From: Prorocentrum cordatum
Taxonomy: Eukaryota
Assembly (NCBI GenBank): GCA_963575745.1
Contig: CAUYUJ010000210.1
Span: forward strand, 1-64,000
Length of the DNA: 64,000 bases
Direction of reading: 5' to 3'
The notes beneath the pieces are model-generated. The model saw only the letters and a list, made by a program, of their open reading frames with translations, did not search any database and was not told where the DNA came from. The translations under genes were made by a program, and so were the position numbers. This document shows positions 37,750-50,582 of this stretch, one piece after another. Each line of letters opens with the position of its first letter. Position 1 is the stretch's first letter.

Positions 37750-39025
37750 CTCCTCCTCCGCCTCCTCCTCCTCTTCCGCCTCCTCCTCCTCCGCCTCCTC
37801 CGCCTCTTCAACCCCTTTTCTTCATATTCTTCGTCTAATAATTTCATTGCTCGCATTATGAATATTCGTATTCCTCGTCTTATTGTTGCTATCATGGGTA
37901 TTCGTAGTTGTTGTCTTCGTGTTAGTCATACCATTATTGTCACGGTCCTTACAAGAATCCGGATTGGTTTAATGCTACGATCAGTGTTTAGATTCCTAGC
38001 GTTTTAGTATTACTAGTATGAGTATCCGCTTAGTGTTACGATCAGTAGTTTCACAAATCCTGACATAAATTTCGAATATTATTGGTAGTATGTCAACCGT
38101 GTAGTTTCTTCATACCGTTATTACGATGATTCGTCTCATCATTATCAGTAACCTCCGTAGTAGTAATAGTCTTACTGTTCTTCTTAGTATGGTTAGTGAA
38201 GGGCATCCTTAGTATCCTCCTCCTCCCACTACTCCTCCTCCCTCCTCCTCATCCTCCTCGCCCTCCTCCTCCTCCTCCTCCTCTTCTTCCTCTTCCTCCC
38301 CCTCATTCTCCAACTCCTCTTCCTCCTCCTCCTCCTCCTCCTCCTTCCTCCTCCTCGCTCCTCATCCTCCTCCCCTTCCTCCTCCTCCTCTCCTCCTCCT
38401 CGTCCTCCTTTCCCAACTCTTCCTCATCTCCTCCTCCTCCTCCCTCCTTCCTCCCCTCCTCCTCCTCCTCCTCTCCTCCGCCTCCTCCTCCTCCTCCCCG
38501 CTCTCCCTCCTCCTCCCTCCTCCTCCCTCCTCCTCTCCCTCCTCCTCCCTCCTCCTCCTTCCTCCTCCCTCCTCCCTCCTCCCTTCCTCCTCCTTCCTTC
38601 TCCTGCTTCCCTGCTCCCGTCCTCCTTACCTCCTCCTCATCCTCTTTTGTTTTTTTTTTTTTTTCCTCTGTTTTTTTCTTTTTTTTTTATTTTTTTTTCT
38701 TTTTTTCCTTTCATTTAGTTTGTTCTCCTCACTCCTCCTCCTCCTCCTCTCCTCCCCTCCTCCTCCTCTCTCTCCTCCTCCGCCGCCCCTCCTCCTCCTC
38801 CTCCTCCTCCTCCTCCTCCTCCTCCTCCTCCTCCTCCTCCTCCTCCTCCTCCTACTCCTCCTCCTCCTCCTCTCCTCATCCTCCTCCTCCTCCTCCTCCT
38901 CCTCCTCCTCCTCCTCCTCCTCCTCCTCCCTCCTCCGCCTCCTCCTCCTCCTCCTCCTCCTCCTCCTCCTCCTCCTCCTCCTCCTCCTCCTCCTCCTCCT
39001 CCTCCTCCTCCTCCTCCTCCTCCCC
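37750..39025. repeat. (CCT)n tracts with an AT-rich degenerate tract and a poly-T run
   Basis: Visible simple repeats. Confidence 0.9.
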
Positions 39026-39026
39026 G

Positions 39027-39048
39027 TCCGTAGCCATTTTGGCTCAAG
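39027..39048 (+). other. Dinoflagellate spliced leader, exact 22-nt genomic copy
   Basis: TCCGTAGCCATTTTGGCTCAAG, followed 38 nt later by ATG (39087). Confidence 0.97.
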
Positions 39049-40687
39049 CCGATCTTTCCCGCTTTTGCCATTCCCATTTCCGGGCGATGGCGCCCCGGGC
39101 GGACGGCGTGGCTACGGGGGGCGGCCAGGACACCTGGCTGCCTGGTCCGCTGCGCGCCTCCGAGGCCATCGCCCTCGGCGCCTCCGCTGCCCGCCGGGCC
39201 GCCCGCCGCAGGAGGCGGGAGGCGTGCGAGGCGGGCCTGCGAGATGCCGTTCGTGCTGGTGGCCCTGGCAGCTGGCAGGACCGCCCTCCAGCTGCTCGCC
39301 TCCCCGCCCGCCCTCCAGCTGCTCGCCTCGGGCAAGCGCGTCCCTGGAGCGTCGCGCAGGAGGCGCAATGCTTCCTGGCACTCAGAAAGGGTGCCCCCTG
39401 GCGGCTTCGCCAGGGCATCCGACAAGGATATCGAGTGGGCAGCTGCTGGGCCGCGGTTGGGTATGGGCCACTCGGAGCGGGATGCGCGGCAGATCGACAA
39501 GGACGTGCCGATTGCCGATGAGGCGCTGCGCGTACCGCTGGCCGGGTGGCTGGCGCCAGGCGTGTGGCACAAGGGCGACGCTCTGGCGGAGGCCCAGGCC
39601 TTCGGCGACGGCTTGGCAGCGGGCTGGAAGCTTGCGGAAAGCCAGATCGAGAGGGTGCAGCTGGAGACGGATACGAACGATCAGGTGCTGAACAGCATCG
39701 AGCGCAAAGAGGCTGAGCGACACAGAGGGGCATCGGCCTCTCCAGGCTCTGGCCCTCCAGGTCCGCTTCCGCATGGAGCGAGGGAGCCGCGTACGCGCGG
39801 ACTGCAGCGTCCCCCTCCAGGCGCCCTGCAGCCGCGGCCCCCGACGGGGGGGTGGTCGATGCCCGCGGCCACAGGTGATAGCGTCGACCTCGAGGGCCCA
39901 GCTCAATCTGCTAACGAGTACAGCGTCACAGAGACCGCGAACGACGGCATCTGCGAGGTGCCGAACATGGAAGAGTCTGTCAAGGACGTGTGCGCCGTCA
40001 CGGCTTTCGGGATCGACGGGGTCACGAAGCTCGACGACGGCAGCGGCGTGCACATCGGCGACGAGGGCGCCGAAACCGACGGGAGCGAGCCGATCGAAAG
40101 CATCGCGGTGCTGGAGGCGCTACTCCGTGGCGCCACGGAGAAGGTGAACACGGCCGCGCTCGCGCTCGCGGTCGGGCAGAGCAACGGCGCCATGGCGACG
40201 CAGGCGCTGCACGACGAGCTCGATGCAGCGGCTGATCGCATGGTCGCGCTCGAGGAGAAGCTCGCCTCCGTCAAGGCGGCTCTGGACGGCTCTGGGATCG
40301 TGAAGGTCCCGCACGGGAGGGAGACCGCCTTCCCGACAGCGGGGCTGCTGCAGCTGACCAGTGGCGCTCGCCGCCCTCCGGGCCCGTGGGCGGACAAGTT
40401 CGTGGTCGACGAGGGCCAGAGCGACGGAGTCTCGGACGCCGAGAGCTCTGTCGACGGCGACGCCTTCGCGGACCTCTTCGTGGAGGACTGGCAGGAGCGC
40501 TACGCGGCGCTGTGCCAGTCCGCCGCCGACAAGGTCGGCGTGGGCCGAACCTGGGGTTAGACCCAGGTTTGGCCTACGCTCAGGGCGGTGAGGCCTCGGC
40601 AGGGGTCCCGGGGCTCCTTGGTGTCTCGCGGGGCTCGTGGGGCCTCCGTGGGAATTCGGATGCATGACCCTCCTGGGTCGAGTCTTT
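39027..40687 (+). pseudogene. SL-headed intronless retrocopy of an unknown ~490-aa protein, frameshifted near 39280
   Basis: SL, short UTR, ATG at 39087 (MAPRADG..GSWQD), then a switch to the 39244-40560 frame at a 27-bp tandem duplication. GC-rich third codon positions; stop at 40560, ~125-nt tail, (CCT)n on both sides. Confidence 0.8.
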
Positions 40688-41078
40688 CCTCCTCCTCCTC
40701 CTCCTCCTCCTCCTCCTCCTCCTCCTCCTCCTCCTCCTCCTCCTCATCTCCTCCTCCTCCTCCTCCTCCTCCTCCTCCTCCTCCTCCTCCTCCTCCTCCT
40801 CCTCCTCCTCTCCTCCCTCCTCCTCCTCCTGCCTCCTCCTCCTCCTGCCTCCTCCTCCTCCTCCCCGCCTCCGCCCTCCTGCCTCGCCTCCGACCTCCTC
40901 CTCCGCCTCCCTCCTCCTCTCACTGCTCCTCCTCCTCCTCCTCCTCCTCCTCCTCTCTCCTCAGCTCCTCCTCCTCCTCCCCAGCCTCCCTCCTCCTCCT
41001 CCCTCCTCCTCGCTCCTCCTCCTCCTCCTCCTCCTCCTCCTCCTCTTTCTCCTCCTCCTCCTCCTCCTCCTCCTCCTC
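40688..41078. repeat. (CCT)n tract
   Basis: Visible. Confidence 0.95.
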
Positions 41079-42697
41079 TGCACAAGGCGTGGCCAGTCGC
41101 CCATGTGATTCGTACGTGTAGGTGCTATTCCCCATTCTTGTTCGTGCCCCAAACTGCGGCGGCCGTGCATTGTCAGTCTTTCGCAGCGCTTTCGCGAGCA
41201 CCCCATGGCCGCGCCGCTTGCCCCCGCGAGCCCATCCAATTACCCGCGCCTCGGTTGTCTTGCGTTGGGCCGACGCTCAATCATCCCGTGCGATGCGTTG
41301 TGGAATTTGCAATGATCGCGCAACCAAGCTTGACATGGCTGGGAATAGTGCCACATGTTCCGATCAGTCATTGCTGGTTCCGTCAATGCTCCGAGGGCGA
41401 GGGGGAAGACGGGGCTGAGCAAGGAGGAGAGGAGAGGGGGAGCACGAAGCAATTGACGAATGATGGAGGAAGAGCATGAGGAGGACCACGACGACGAGGA
41501 AGGACGGACGGAGGGATACGGAGGCAAGAGGAGGAGTGAGGGGGAGCAGGACGTGGAATGGCGTGACTTGGGCGATGCATCTCGCCCGCTCGTTCGGGAA
41601 AGTCGCCGTCGCCGCTGCCTCTGCCAGAATCGCACTGGGCCTTCTCGGGGCTCCGCGGGCCACTTTGGGCGCGTTTCGGGCGCACCCTGACCTGACGTTT
41701 CTGGAGCCTCTTCCAATTGATTGGGTCTTCCTCGTCTGCCGCGGGAGCCTTCAATTCTGCCGCCCATGGGTTTACCAAGAAGGTGTCTAGGCCAGCGCAG
41801 GGGCCTCTCGGAGGTTTCTGGGCTGCCCGAGGCCTGGAGCGGGGGCCTTTCTGGCGGTCCGGTGGTCGTCTTTCGGGTCGTCTTGGCGGCCGCGGGGGGG
41901 GCCCCAGATTACCTCTTGGAAATTCCTCGGGGTGCGTTTTGGGCCGTCTCGGGAGCCCGGTGGAAACGCGAAGAAGGCGGTGCCAGCATTCCCTGGCTCT
42001 TCGGGAGCAGCGCTCTGTAATACGACTGTGGTTGCACAGTCGCGCCTCGGGTTTTAGGGACGAGCACTGAACGTCATGAGCCGTTTTGGGGGGTTTCTTG
42101 GGTCGCGTTGGCAGCATCCCGGGAACCACTCGAGCCTTCAGGGGAGCGTCTCTCGGAAGCGGCATGGGCAGGCTATGGGTCGTCATCGGGTACCCTGGGT
42201 GTTTTTGGAACGCCTCCTGTAGTGTTTGCTGGCCTCTGTGGCGGCCTTGCGGGTTAATTGGGAACGTGTCGGGGTTATGTTTGGCAGTTTGGGGAACTCG
42301 TCATGAGAAATATCGAGGGGGTAGCGCGGAACTCTTTCTGTCTCTGGGGGCCCTCTGGGCAATAGTAAACACCAACAACATAGGTTGTGCTGCGGCAGGG
42401 CTTGCACGTCGGAGTCTGGCCTTGCAAGTAATAGTTACATGATGCGCTTGAATCGTTTTTGGGGGAGGGCCTCGCCTTGGGGGGCGAAGCGGACGCCACC
42501 AAAGAGCGAGGACACCCGGAGTATCGCGCACTCGGGACGGGAGTCGCCAAAGCGCGCAGCGTGTCGGTTTCGCGCTCGTCAGGAGCAGGATTATTCGGCA
42601 GGGCCACGTCCCCGGGCGCTGTTAGTTTGCGCGATGTTCGGGCTTACCGGATGGCGCCGAAGGGCCTGGGGCGACGGCGCTGGCGGATTTGCGTTCA

Positions 42698-42936
42698 AGC
42701 GGCGGTCCCCACATCTGAATTTCAGATTGGCCCTATCTGAAGTTCAGACTGGGCCTGTCTGAATTTCAGATTGCCCCCCTGGGGGGCTGCCCCAGGGTTT
42801 TGCTCGACACCTCCACGCTGAAATGATTCAGATTTGCTCTTTCTGAAATTCAGATTGGCCCTTTCTGAAATGCAGGTTGGGCCCGTCCGAATTTCAGGTT
42901 GGGCCGTGCTGAAATTCAGACGTGGGGGCCGCCGCC
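42698..42936. mobile_element. MITE-like element F with TIRs and repeated internal TCTGAA(A/T)TTCAGA palindromes
   Basis: GGCGGTCCCCACATCTGAATTTCAG pairs with CTGAAATTCAGACGTGGGGGCCGCC; the subterminal palindrome recurs about 8 times. Confidence 0.8.
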
Positions 42937-43139
42937 TCGGCGCCGAATTCGGCCCAGACGCAGTTCTTAAGAAGCCCAGCGTGAGTTTACGAGCGCCCAG
43001 AAGCTGTCCGCGGAGATACGATACGGATAGGAAGCAAGGCATTCCCCAACTATCCTGTGATGTTGGATATTCGTTGTTCCTTCTCTTTTTCATTTTTCCT
43101 TACAGATAAGCGATATTGTTTGACATTTATTGAAAAAAA

Positions 43140-43174
<35 letters not shown>

Positions 43175-43239
43175 AAAAAAAGCCCCGCGTCTCCTCCCTC
43201 CCCCCCCTCTCCTCCTCCCCTCCCCCATATCCAGTTCGT

Positions 43240-44048
43240 CACGCCTCTCGCGAAGATCGTGGCCCCATAGGGAACTCCACCGACAAGCCCCAATGGCAGG
43301 GTCCGCACGCAGTTTCCGCACCCATTCCGGCGCACCCCTCACGAGGATCGCGGCCCAACAGGGCGCTCCACCGAGGGCCCCAGCGGCAGGGTCCGCACGC
43401 GGGCTCCGCATCCATTCCGGCACACCCCTCACGAGGATCGTGGCCCATAGGGACCTCCACGGAAAGACCCACAGGCAGGGTGCGCACGTGGGCTCCACAT
43501 CGGTTCCGGCGCACCCTTCACCAGGATCGTGGCCCCATAGGGAGCTCCACCGAAGGCCACAGTGGCAGAGTCCGCACACGGGCTCCGCACCCATGTCGGC
43601 ACGGCCCTCGCAAGGGTCCCGGTTCCGCAGGGAGCCCCGCCGAAGGCCCCCGCGGCAGGGTCCGCACGTGGGCTCTGCGTCAATTTCGGCACGCCCCTCA
43701 CGAGGATCGTGGCCCCAGGGAGCTCCACCGGAAGCCCCAGGCGCGGGGTCCGCACGCGGGCGCCGCATCCATGTCGGCGCACCCCTCCCAATGATCGCGG
43801 CCCCATAGGGAGCTCCATCGAAGGCCCCAGCGGCGGGGTCCGCACGCGGGCTCTGCACCGATTTTCGGCACAGCTCTCACGAGGATCGTGGCCCAATATG
43901 AAGCTCCACCGAAAACCCAAGTTGCGGGGTCCGCACGTGCGCCCCGCGCCCACTCCGGCGCGCCCCCCGCGAGGATCGCGGCCCCATAAGGAGCTCCACC
44001 GAAGGCCCCAGCGGCAGGGTCAGCACGTGGTCTCCGCACCCATTTTCG

Positions 44049-44084
<36 letters not shown>

Positions 44085-44205
44085 CGCCAAGATCGTGGCC
44101 CCATTGGGGGCTCGACCGAAGGCCGTAATGGCAGGTTCCGCACGCGGGGTCAATGGCCCCCCCCTCCGCACGAGGATCGACCGTGGCCCCATAGGGGGCT
44201 CCACC
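43240..44205 (+). repeat. ~90-bp minisatellite (GATCGTGGCCCCATAGGGAGCTCCACCGAAGGCCCC...)
   Basis: Core recurs at ~43255, 43346, 43436, 43525, 43705, 43794, 43884 and 43974. Confidence 0.9.
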
Positions 44206-44814
44206 ATGGCGCAAGACCAGCGCGCGCGCACGGCGGCGACGCGGCGGCGCCTTGCTGTTTCGTCCGTCGGGACGCCGAAACGCGAGGGCTTGGCCCTTGG
44301 ATATGAGCGGATTTCGCAGTCGTGGAAACGACTTACGGGTGAAAAGTATCGTCGTCTTTCCCTGGCACGGGCTGCAAGAATTCAACGCGGAGCAAACTGC
44401 TCAACTCTAGGCTATCTTCGACGCAGAGGGCACGCGGCGACCTCCTCTGCGTGGCCGCAGCGTCGGGATCCCTTTGCTCCCAATGCAGCGCAAAAAGCGC
44501 AGGGGAAGGCACTTTTTGTTGGGGCAGGGGGCGCGGGGAGACAAGGAGGAGGAGGGGGACGTCCCGCCCTTCCTCTTCACTTCTTCATGCGTTGCCCTTC
44601 CTCCCGCGCCGCCCAATTGCCCCTTTTCGCACTGACCCCCCGCGATCTGATGAAAAGCCGGTCCTGGGGAAGGGGTCCAGACCTATCGGGAGCCACGTTA
44701 TGACAGAATCACGACGTCGGATGTCTGGGGAGGAGGGAGCGACATGGAGAAATCTAGAGGCTGGCAGTCGATAGCCCGCTAGCCCAGAGAACGAGAGGGG
44801 TACTCCCCCAGGGC

Positions 44815-45307
44815 CTCCTCCTCCTCCTCATCCACCCTCCCTTTCTCCTTCTCCTCCTCCTACTCCTCCTCCTCCTCCTCCTCCTCCTCCTCCTCCTCCT
44901 CCTCCTCCTCCTCCGCCTTCTCACCTCCCCTCCCCCTCCTCCTCCTTCCGCCTCTCCATCCTCCTCTCCTCCTCCTCCTCCTCCTGCTCATCTCCTCCTT
45001 TTTTATTACCGTCCTCCTCCTCGCTACCATCCTCCTCCTCCTCCTCCTCGCTACCTCCTCCCTCCTCCTCCTCCTCCTCCTCCTCCTCTCCTCCTCCTCC
45101 CCTCCTCCTCCTCCTCCCTCCTCATCTCACCTCATCCCATCTCATCTCATCCTCATCCTCATCCTCCATCCTCATCCTCATCCTCAGACCTCATCCTCAA
45201 CCCTCATCCTCATCCTCATACCCTCATCCCATCCTCATCCTCACCTCATCCTCATCCTCATCCTCTTCCCTCATCCTCATCCTCATCATCTACAACATCA
45301 CATCATC

Positions 45308-45398
<91 letters not shown>

Positions 45399-45400
45399 GA
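44815..45400. repeat. (CCT)n grading through (CCTCAT)n into (CAT)n
   Basis: Visible. Confidence 0.95.
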
Positions 45401-45639
45401 GCGGATCGTGTTGCTCTCCGGCCTTCCAGGGGGGGTGGGGAATCACCACCTTCAGGGGCAACGCTAGGGGGGCAGATATGCTCGGGGGGTGCATCAACCC
45501 CAACTCGCCCACTCATCGCCGATAGGAGCCCGATGGCCCACCCCGCCCTGGAACGTGCGGACTGCTCCTCGTAATTCTCCTCCGCACCCTATTCCCCCAT
45601 CCTCCCTTCCACCTCCTCCCTCGACAAGGACGACGACGT

Positions 45640-45670
<31 letters not shown>

Positions 45671-45718
45671 AACGAAAACGACGACGGCGACGACGACGAC
45701 AACGACGACGACGACGGT

Positions 45719-45750
<32 letters not shown>

Positions 45751-46281
45751 CGGACAAGCCGCACGCCACGCCCCGCGGTGAAGCCCCGGCCTTCATGCCA
45801 GGGGTGCTCGCGCCCTCCGCAGGAGGGCCCGCCGCCTGCGAGATCGGAATATGGAATGTGCCCGATCGGACTGCGAAACCAAACGAAAACCCGGCGACGC
45901 CGAAAGCGGAACTGCGAGAAAGTACCTCGAGCACAGCCGGGCCTAGGACAGAAGAGCAGCCTTCAAGAACAGGAGACCCTCCGCCAGCCCAAACTGAAGA
46001 ACATTCGAGGGTGCCTTCCCCCAGGAGGCACGAGAACACCCAACAAGCACTAAGAACATTAGGGTACCCTCCCCGAACCGACCTCGATCTTATACCTCGG
46101 TCCGGCTGTAGTCGGCAAACCCGTGGGCCATAGCCCGTCCTCGAGACGCTGCCATGTACCGACGCCGCATGGCGCTGCGTGGGGCCTCGCATGGCCCCCG
46201 CAGGGGAGCCCTCCGCCGTGTGCTTCCGAAGTGCCCACACGTCCGCACGCGGGGGGGGGAAGGGCGGGGCCAGAGGGAGGT

Positions 46282-46458
46282 CTGACTACCGACCAGACCA
46301 CCCCAACCCAACCCGAAGACCCGAATTTGACCCGAATTTCGGGTTGGGGGGGTAACGGGTCCCATGTGTTGTTTCAAGGTTCCCCGACCCCCCCTCACTG
46401 GAAATGGAGGGCAAATTGAGGCCTTCGGGTTGGGTTGGGGTGGTTTGGTGGGTGGTGA
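46282..46458. mobile_element. MITE-like family G, copy 1
   Basis: ACCAGACCACCCCAACCCAACCCGAA pairs with TTCGGGTTGGGTTGGGGTGGTTTGGT; colinear copy at 51105-51277. Confidence 0.85.
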
Positions 46459-47789
46459 AGGTCAGGCTACGACAGCGCGAAACTGCGTCAAGTCTTGGGG
46501 GTCCCCAGGCGGCGCGGTGACGGACCGTGCGGTGACCTCGGAATCCCCAACGACCTCACCGCATCAATCGCCCGCGACGCTCTCGGAGAACAACCCGAAT
46601 CCAAAAACTTACCTCACGGTATAGTCACCGCATCGCTGAGGACTTAGAACCCAGAAGATGACGTTCGCCGAGAGCGAGAGGTGAACTATAGAGGCATCTG
46701 GCCAGTACCCCCTGTCAGCCAGATCGATGCCGTCCCTGGCCACTCCAGAGGGGCGAGAGGGGGGCACAACCCCAGTCTCCTGGCTACAAAGTCAGGACGA
46801 CAAGTGGTTTACCATTTCGCCTCCCAGAGGCCCTTACCAGGCCCCCGGGCGGTCAAACAACTACTCGGGTTAACAACGCGGTCCATGTAATGAGGCCCAG
46901 ACTCCGGCTGGGTGGTTGGGGGGAAGCGGGACGAGGGGAGGACCCTGAGATCTGGGCGTCACATTTTCTCACGCCCAACGTTTTTGCTGAACCCCGCGGG
47001 CCCATGGACCCTGACGGATCGATCCCGCTCGAGCGATGCTTTAGAGAGAGAGCTGGGGTCCAGTGCTCTCTGTTCGAGATTCTTCACGACGTGGCATCTG
47101 TCTCGCGAAGTCGGATCTCACAGGAGGGGGGCAGTCACACAGGGGAAGGGGGGGCAGGCAGAGGGGCAAGGGGACGGGAGGTGGGGGAGGGCGAGATGGA
47201 GGAAGGGCTGGCTTGGGGCGAGGGTGACTCTGGGGGTAACTTGGGAACGGCTCTGGGAGTGCCATGGGGTCGGGGAGGCCCAAGATGGGCCGAAGGGAAG
47301 GGCCTTGGGGTGGGCTTATGGAAGGCCTGGGGGAAGGGACTAGGGTTATGTTGCTCCCATCGTACTTCAGCACCACATCCCAGCGACAATTCCGAGCACC
47401 CAGACAGAAAAAAACATCGAAACAGTGTCTGCCCGACACGCTGGCGAAGTGTCGAACTAGTCTCGCCTCCCAGGGCTCGACACGTGGAATTCATTCAGTT
47501 TTGGTACGTTCTTGGTGCTCAAGTTCTTTATGTGATCAAGGCAGAAATAGGTTGGAACATCATAAGACTAGGGGTAAAACTAGGGTAGGTCTATCTCACG
47601 GGGTTCCTGGGAGCCCTCGGGTGTTCCGTGACGTTTCTGGAGTGTGCAGCGCGCATGGTTCGATCGAACCTCGGACCCCAGACATCCGACGATGCGACTT
47701 ATACAATGCAGCGGCCCCAGAGCCCCCGACCGCTTCCCAAGGAGTAGTTTATTTTCCGTGTGACGGCCCCGGGGACTGAAAGCGGCACC

Positions 47790-49150
47790 AGGTAGGGCCA
47801 CGATACGTCTAAGGGGCGTGCCAGAATGGACATGCGGTGGGCGCATGTGAACGCTGCCATGTAAGCTTTCGGTAGGGCTCCATGTTGGGTCACGAAACGT
47901 GTGAGGGGTGTGCCGAAATGAGCATGCGGCGGGCGGGTAGGGCGCATGCGGACGCGGCCACTGGGACCTTCGGTGGAGCCCCCTATGGGGCCGCGAAACG
48001 TAAGAGAGGTGTGCCGAAATGAGGGGTGTGCCAAAATAAGCACGCTGTTGGCGGGGAGGACGCATGCGGACGCGGCATGTGAGGGGTGTGCCGACATGGA
48101 CATGCGGTGGGCGGGGGGACGAATGAGGACGCAGCCACTGGGGCCTTCGGTGGAGCTCCCTGTGGGGCCGCGAAGCGTGTGAGGGGTGTACCAGAATGGA
48201 CATGCAGTGGGCGGGGAGGACGCATGCGGACGCGGCCACTGGGGCCTTCGGTGGAGCTCCCTATGGGGCCATGACGCGTGTGAGGGGTGTGCCGAAATGG
48301 GCATGCGGCGGGTAGGGCGCGTGCGGACGCGGCCACTGGGGCCTTCGGTGGAGCTCCCTATGGTGCCACGCACCGTATAAAAAGGTGTGCCAGAATGGAC
48401 CTGGCCACTGGGGCGGTCGGCGGAGCTCCCTGTGGGGCCACGAACCGTGTAACGGGCGTGCCGACATGGACATGCGGTGGGCGGGGAGGGCGCATGCGGA
48501 CGCGGCCACTGTGGCCTGCGGTGGAGCTCCCCATGAGGCCACGAAACGTGTGAGGGGTGCGCCGCAATTGGCATGCGGTGGGCGGGGAGGACGCATTCGG
48601 ACGCGGCCACTGGGGCCTTCGGTGGAGCTTCCTATGGCGCCACGAACCGTGTGAGGGGTGTGCCTGAATGGATATGCGGTGGGCGGGGGGGACGCATGCA
48701 GACGCGGCCACTGGGGCCTTCGGTGGAGCTCCCTGTTGGGGCCACGCACCGTATGAAAGGTGTGTCGAACTGGGCATGCGGCGGGCGGGGAGGGCGCATG
48801 CGGACGCGGCCACTGAGGGGCCACGAAACGTGTGAGGGGTGTGCCGAAATGGGCATGCGAAGGGCGGGGAGGACGCGTGCGGACGCGGCCACTGGGGCCT
48901 TAGGTGGAGCTCCCTATGGGGCCACGAACCGTGTGAGGGGTGTGCCAAAATAGGCACGCTGTTGGCGGGGAGGGCGCATGCGGACGCGGCATGTGAGGGG
49001 TGTGCCGACATGGACATGCGGTGGGCGGGGGGGACGAATGAGGACGCGGCCACTGGGGCTTTCGGCGGGGCCCCGTATGGAGCCACGAAACGTGTGGGGT
49101 GTGCCGAAATGGGCATATGCGGTGGGCGGGGAGGACGCATGCGGACGCGA
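47790..49150 (-). repeat. ~100-120-bp minisatellite sharing its core with 43240-44205 in the opposite orientation
   Basis: GGGGCCTTCGGTGGAGCTCCCTATGGGGCC is the reverse complement of the 43-kb core; GTGAGGGGTGTGCC..ATGCGGACGCGGCCACT units. Confidence 0.9.
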
Positions 49151-49515
49151 GTGAACGCGGGGACCGCATATCCAAAACGGGACCCAACACCACAGGACGG
49201 CTGGGAACAATCGGTTCGATGGGACCTCGAAATCCTTCGCGGCGAGAACGGTTACCATTACCAAGACTGAACGCGGAAGCGTCTGTGTCGATCGTGGTCA
49301 TCGTCATCTCGTGGATCATGACTATTTGGCGACGGCCGGCTTGGGCCATGGCCAAGATCGGCGTCGACAAGGTCCCTCGACATCACGGTAATGGTAATCG
49401 CGCCTCTTCCCTCGACCTCTGGGTACGCCTGGAATGGGGACGGAAAGTGGGAGGCGGCCAGTGGGTCTGACCTGGATGGGACCCCAGAAAATCTGCCAGG
49501 ACGGGGGCGAGGCGG

Positions 49516-49663
49516 CGCGCAGAGGAGGATAAGGGGAAGGGGGAAGGCTTCTTAGAAGCAGGCTGCTTCTTAGAAGCCGCCGGCCTCACATCTACAGGAG
49601 CCTTCTAAGAAGCAAGGGTGCTTCTAAGAAGCCTTCCCCCCTCCCGCAACCCCCCTCTGCGCG
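49516..49663. mobile_element. MITE-like family E, copy 2
   Basis: CGCGCAGAG..GGGGGAAGGCTTCTTAGAAGCA pairs with TGCTTCTAAGAAGCCTTCCCCC..CTCTGCGCG. Confidence 0.78.
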
Positions 49664-50482
49664 TGGCCGAGGGGGCTGCAAGTGAGGCCGAATCCGCTCC
49701 GAATCGGTCCATGCACTCCTCTCTTGGTCCATATCTGGTTGAGTGTCTCACCCCGGATCCGTTCTTCGCGGCCCCGGAGCCGGAAGACATCCCCTGGGGG
49801 CCTGAAGCAAGAAACATACAAACACACACACACACACAAAACAAAACAAAACAAAACAAAAAACAAAAAAAACAAAAAAAACGTCCCCGAACCCAAGGGC
49901 CTCGAACCTGCCCCCCTTCCTGCTGGAAGGAACCAGCGCCCGGCCACCCCGGGCCCCCAGGCGGCTCCGCACGGAGAGTCCACGAGCATGCGCGGCCCCG
50001 CACGGGCAGCGGCAGCTCGAAACAGCAGGCGCTGGGCGCCCCCGAAGGGACACGGAAGGACCCGCGGCGGCACCGGCAACGAGTCCTGCTCCCAACGGGC
50101 AGCAAGCGCCGCTGAGACCTTCGCCTCCATCCTCTACTCTGCGTGGGATATGAGGCGAGGGGTGGGCGATTGACCTTCCGACGGAGCTTGCCCATCCCCA
50201 CCCCTCCTCCACCTCCTCCTCCTCCTCCTCCTCTTCCTCCTCCTCCGCCTCCTCCTCCTCCTCCTCCTCCTCCACCTCCTCCTCCTCATCCCCCTCCTAC
50301 TTCTCCTCCTCCTCCTCCTCCTCCAACCCCCCCTCTACCCGTTCCGACAGCACGTGACCAACCCCTCCAGCGGATCCAAGGGGGGGCCGATTATTGTCCC
50401 ATACAGAGTAGAGAGCATGTTCGATTCGCGGCGATCACGGGTGTTACAGGGGTGGGGGGGGGCGGGGCGGGAAGGTGACATA

Positions 50483-50582
50483 NNNNNNNNNNNNNNNNNN
50501 NNNNNNNNNNNNNNNNNNNNNNNNNNNNNNNNNNNNNNNNNNNNNNNNNNNNNNNNNNNNNNNNNNNNNNNNNNNNNNNNNN
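50483..50582. other. Assembly gap (100 N)
   Basis: Run of exactly 100 N; adjacency across it is not guaranteed. Confidence 1.

Noticed and set aside
39027..39048. SL RNA gene (also 22012-22033)
   Set aside because: An SL RNA gene has a GT donor right after the 22-nt exon. Here the SL is followed by CC and mRNA-like sequence, as expected for a retrocopy.
44300..44370. GKTTIL Walker-A-like peptide on the minus strand
   Set aside because: No upstream GxxxxGK context or other NTPase motifs; too short to call.
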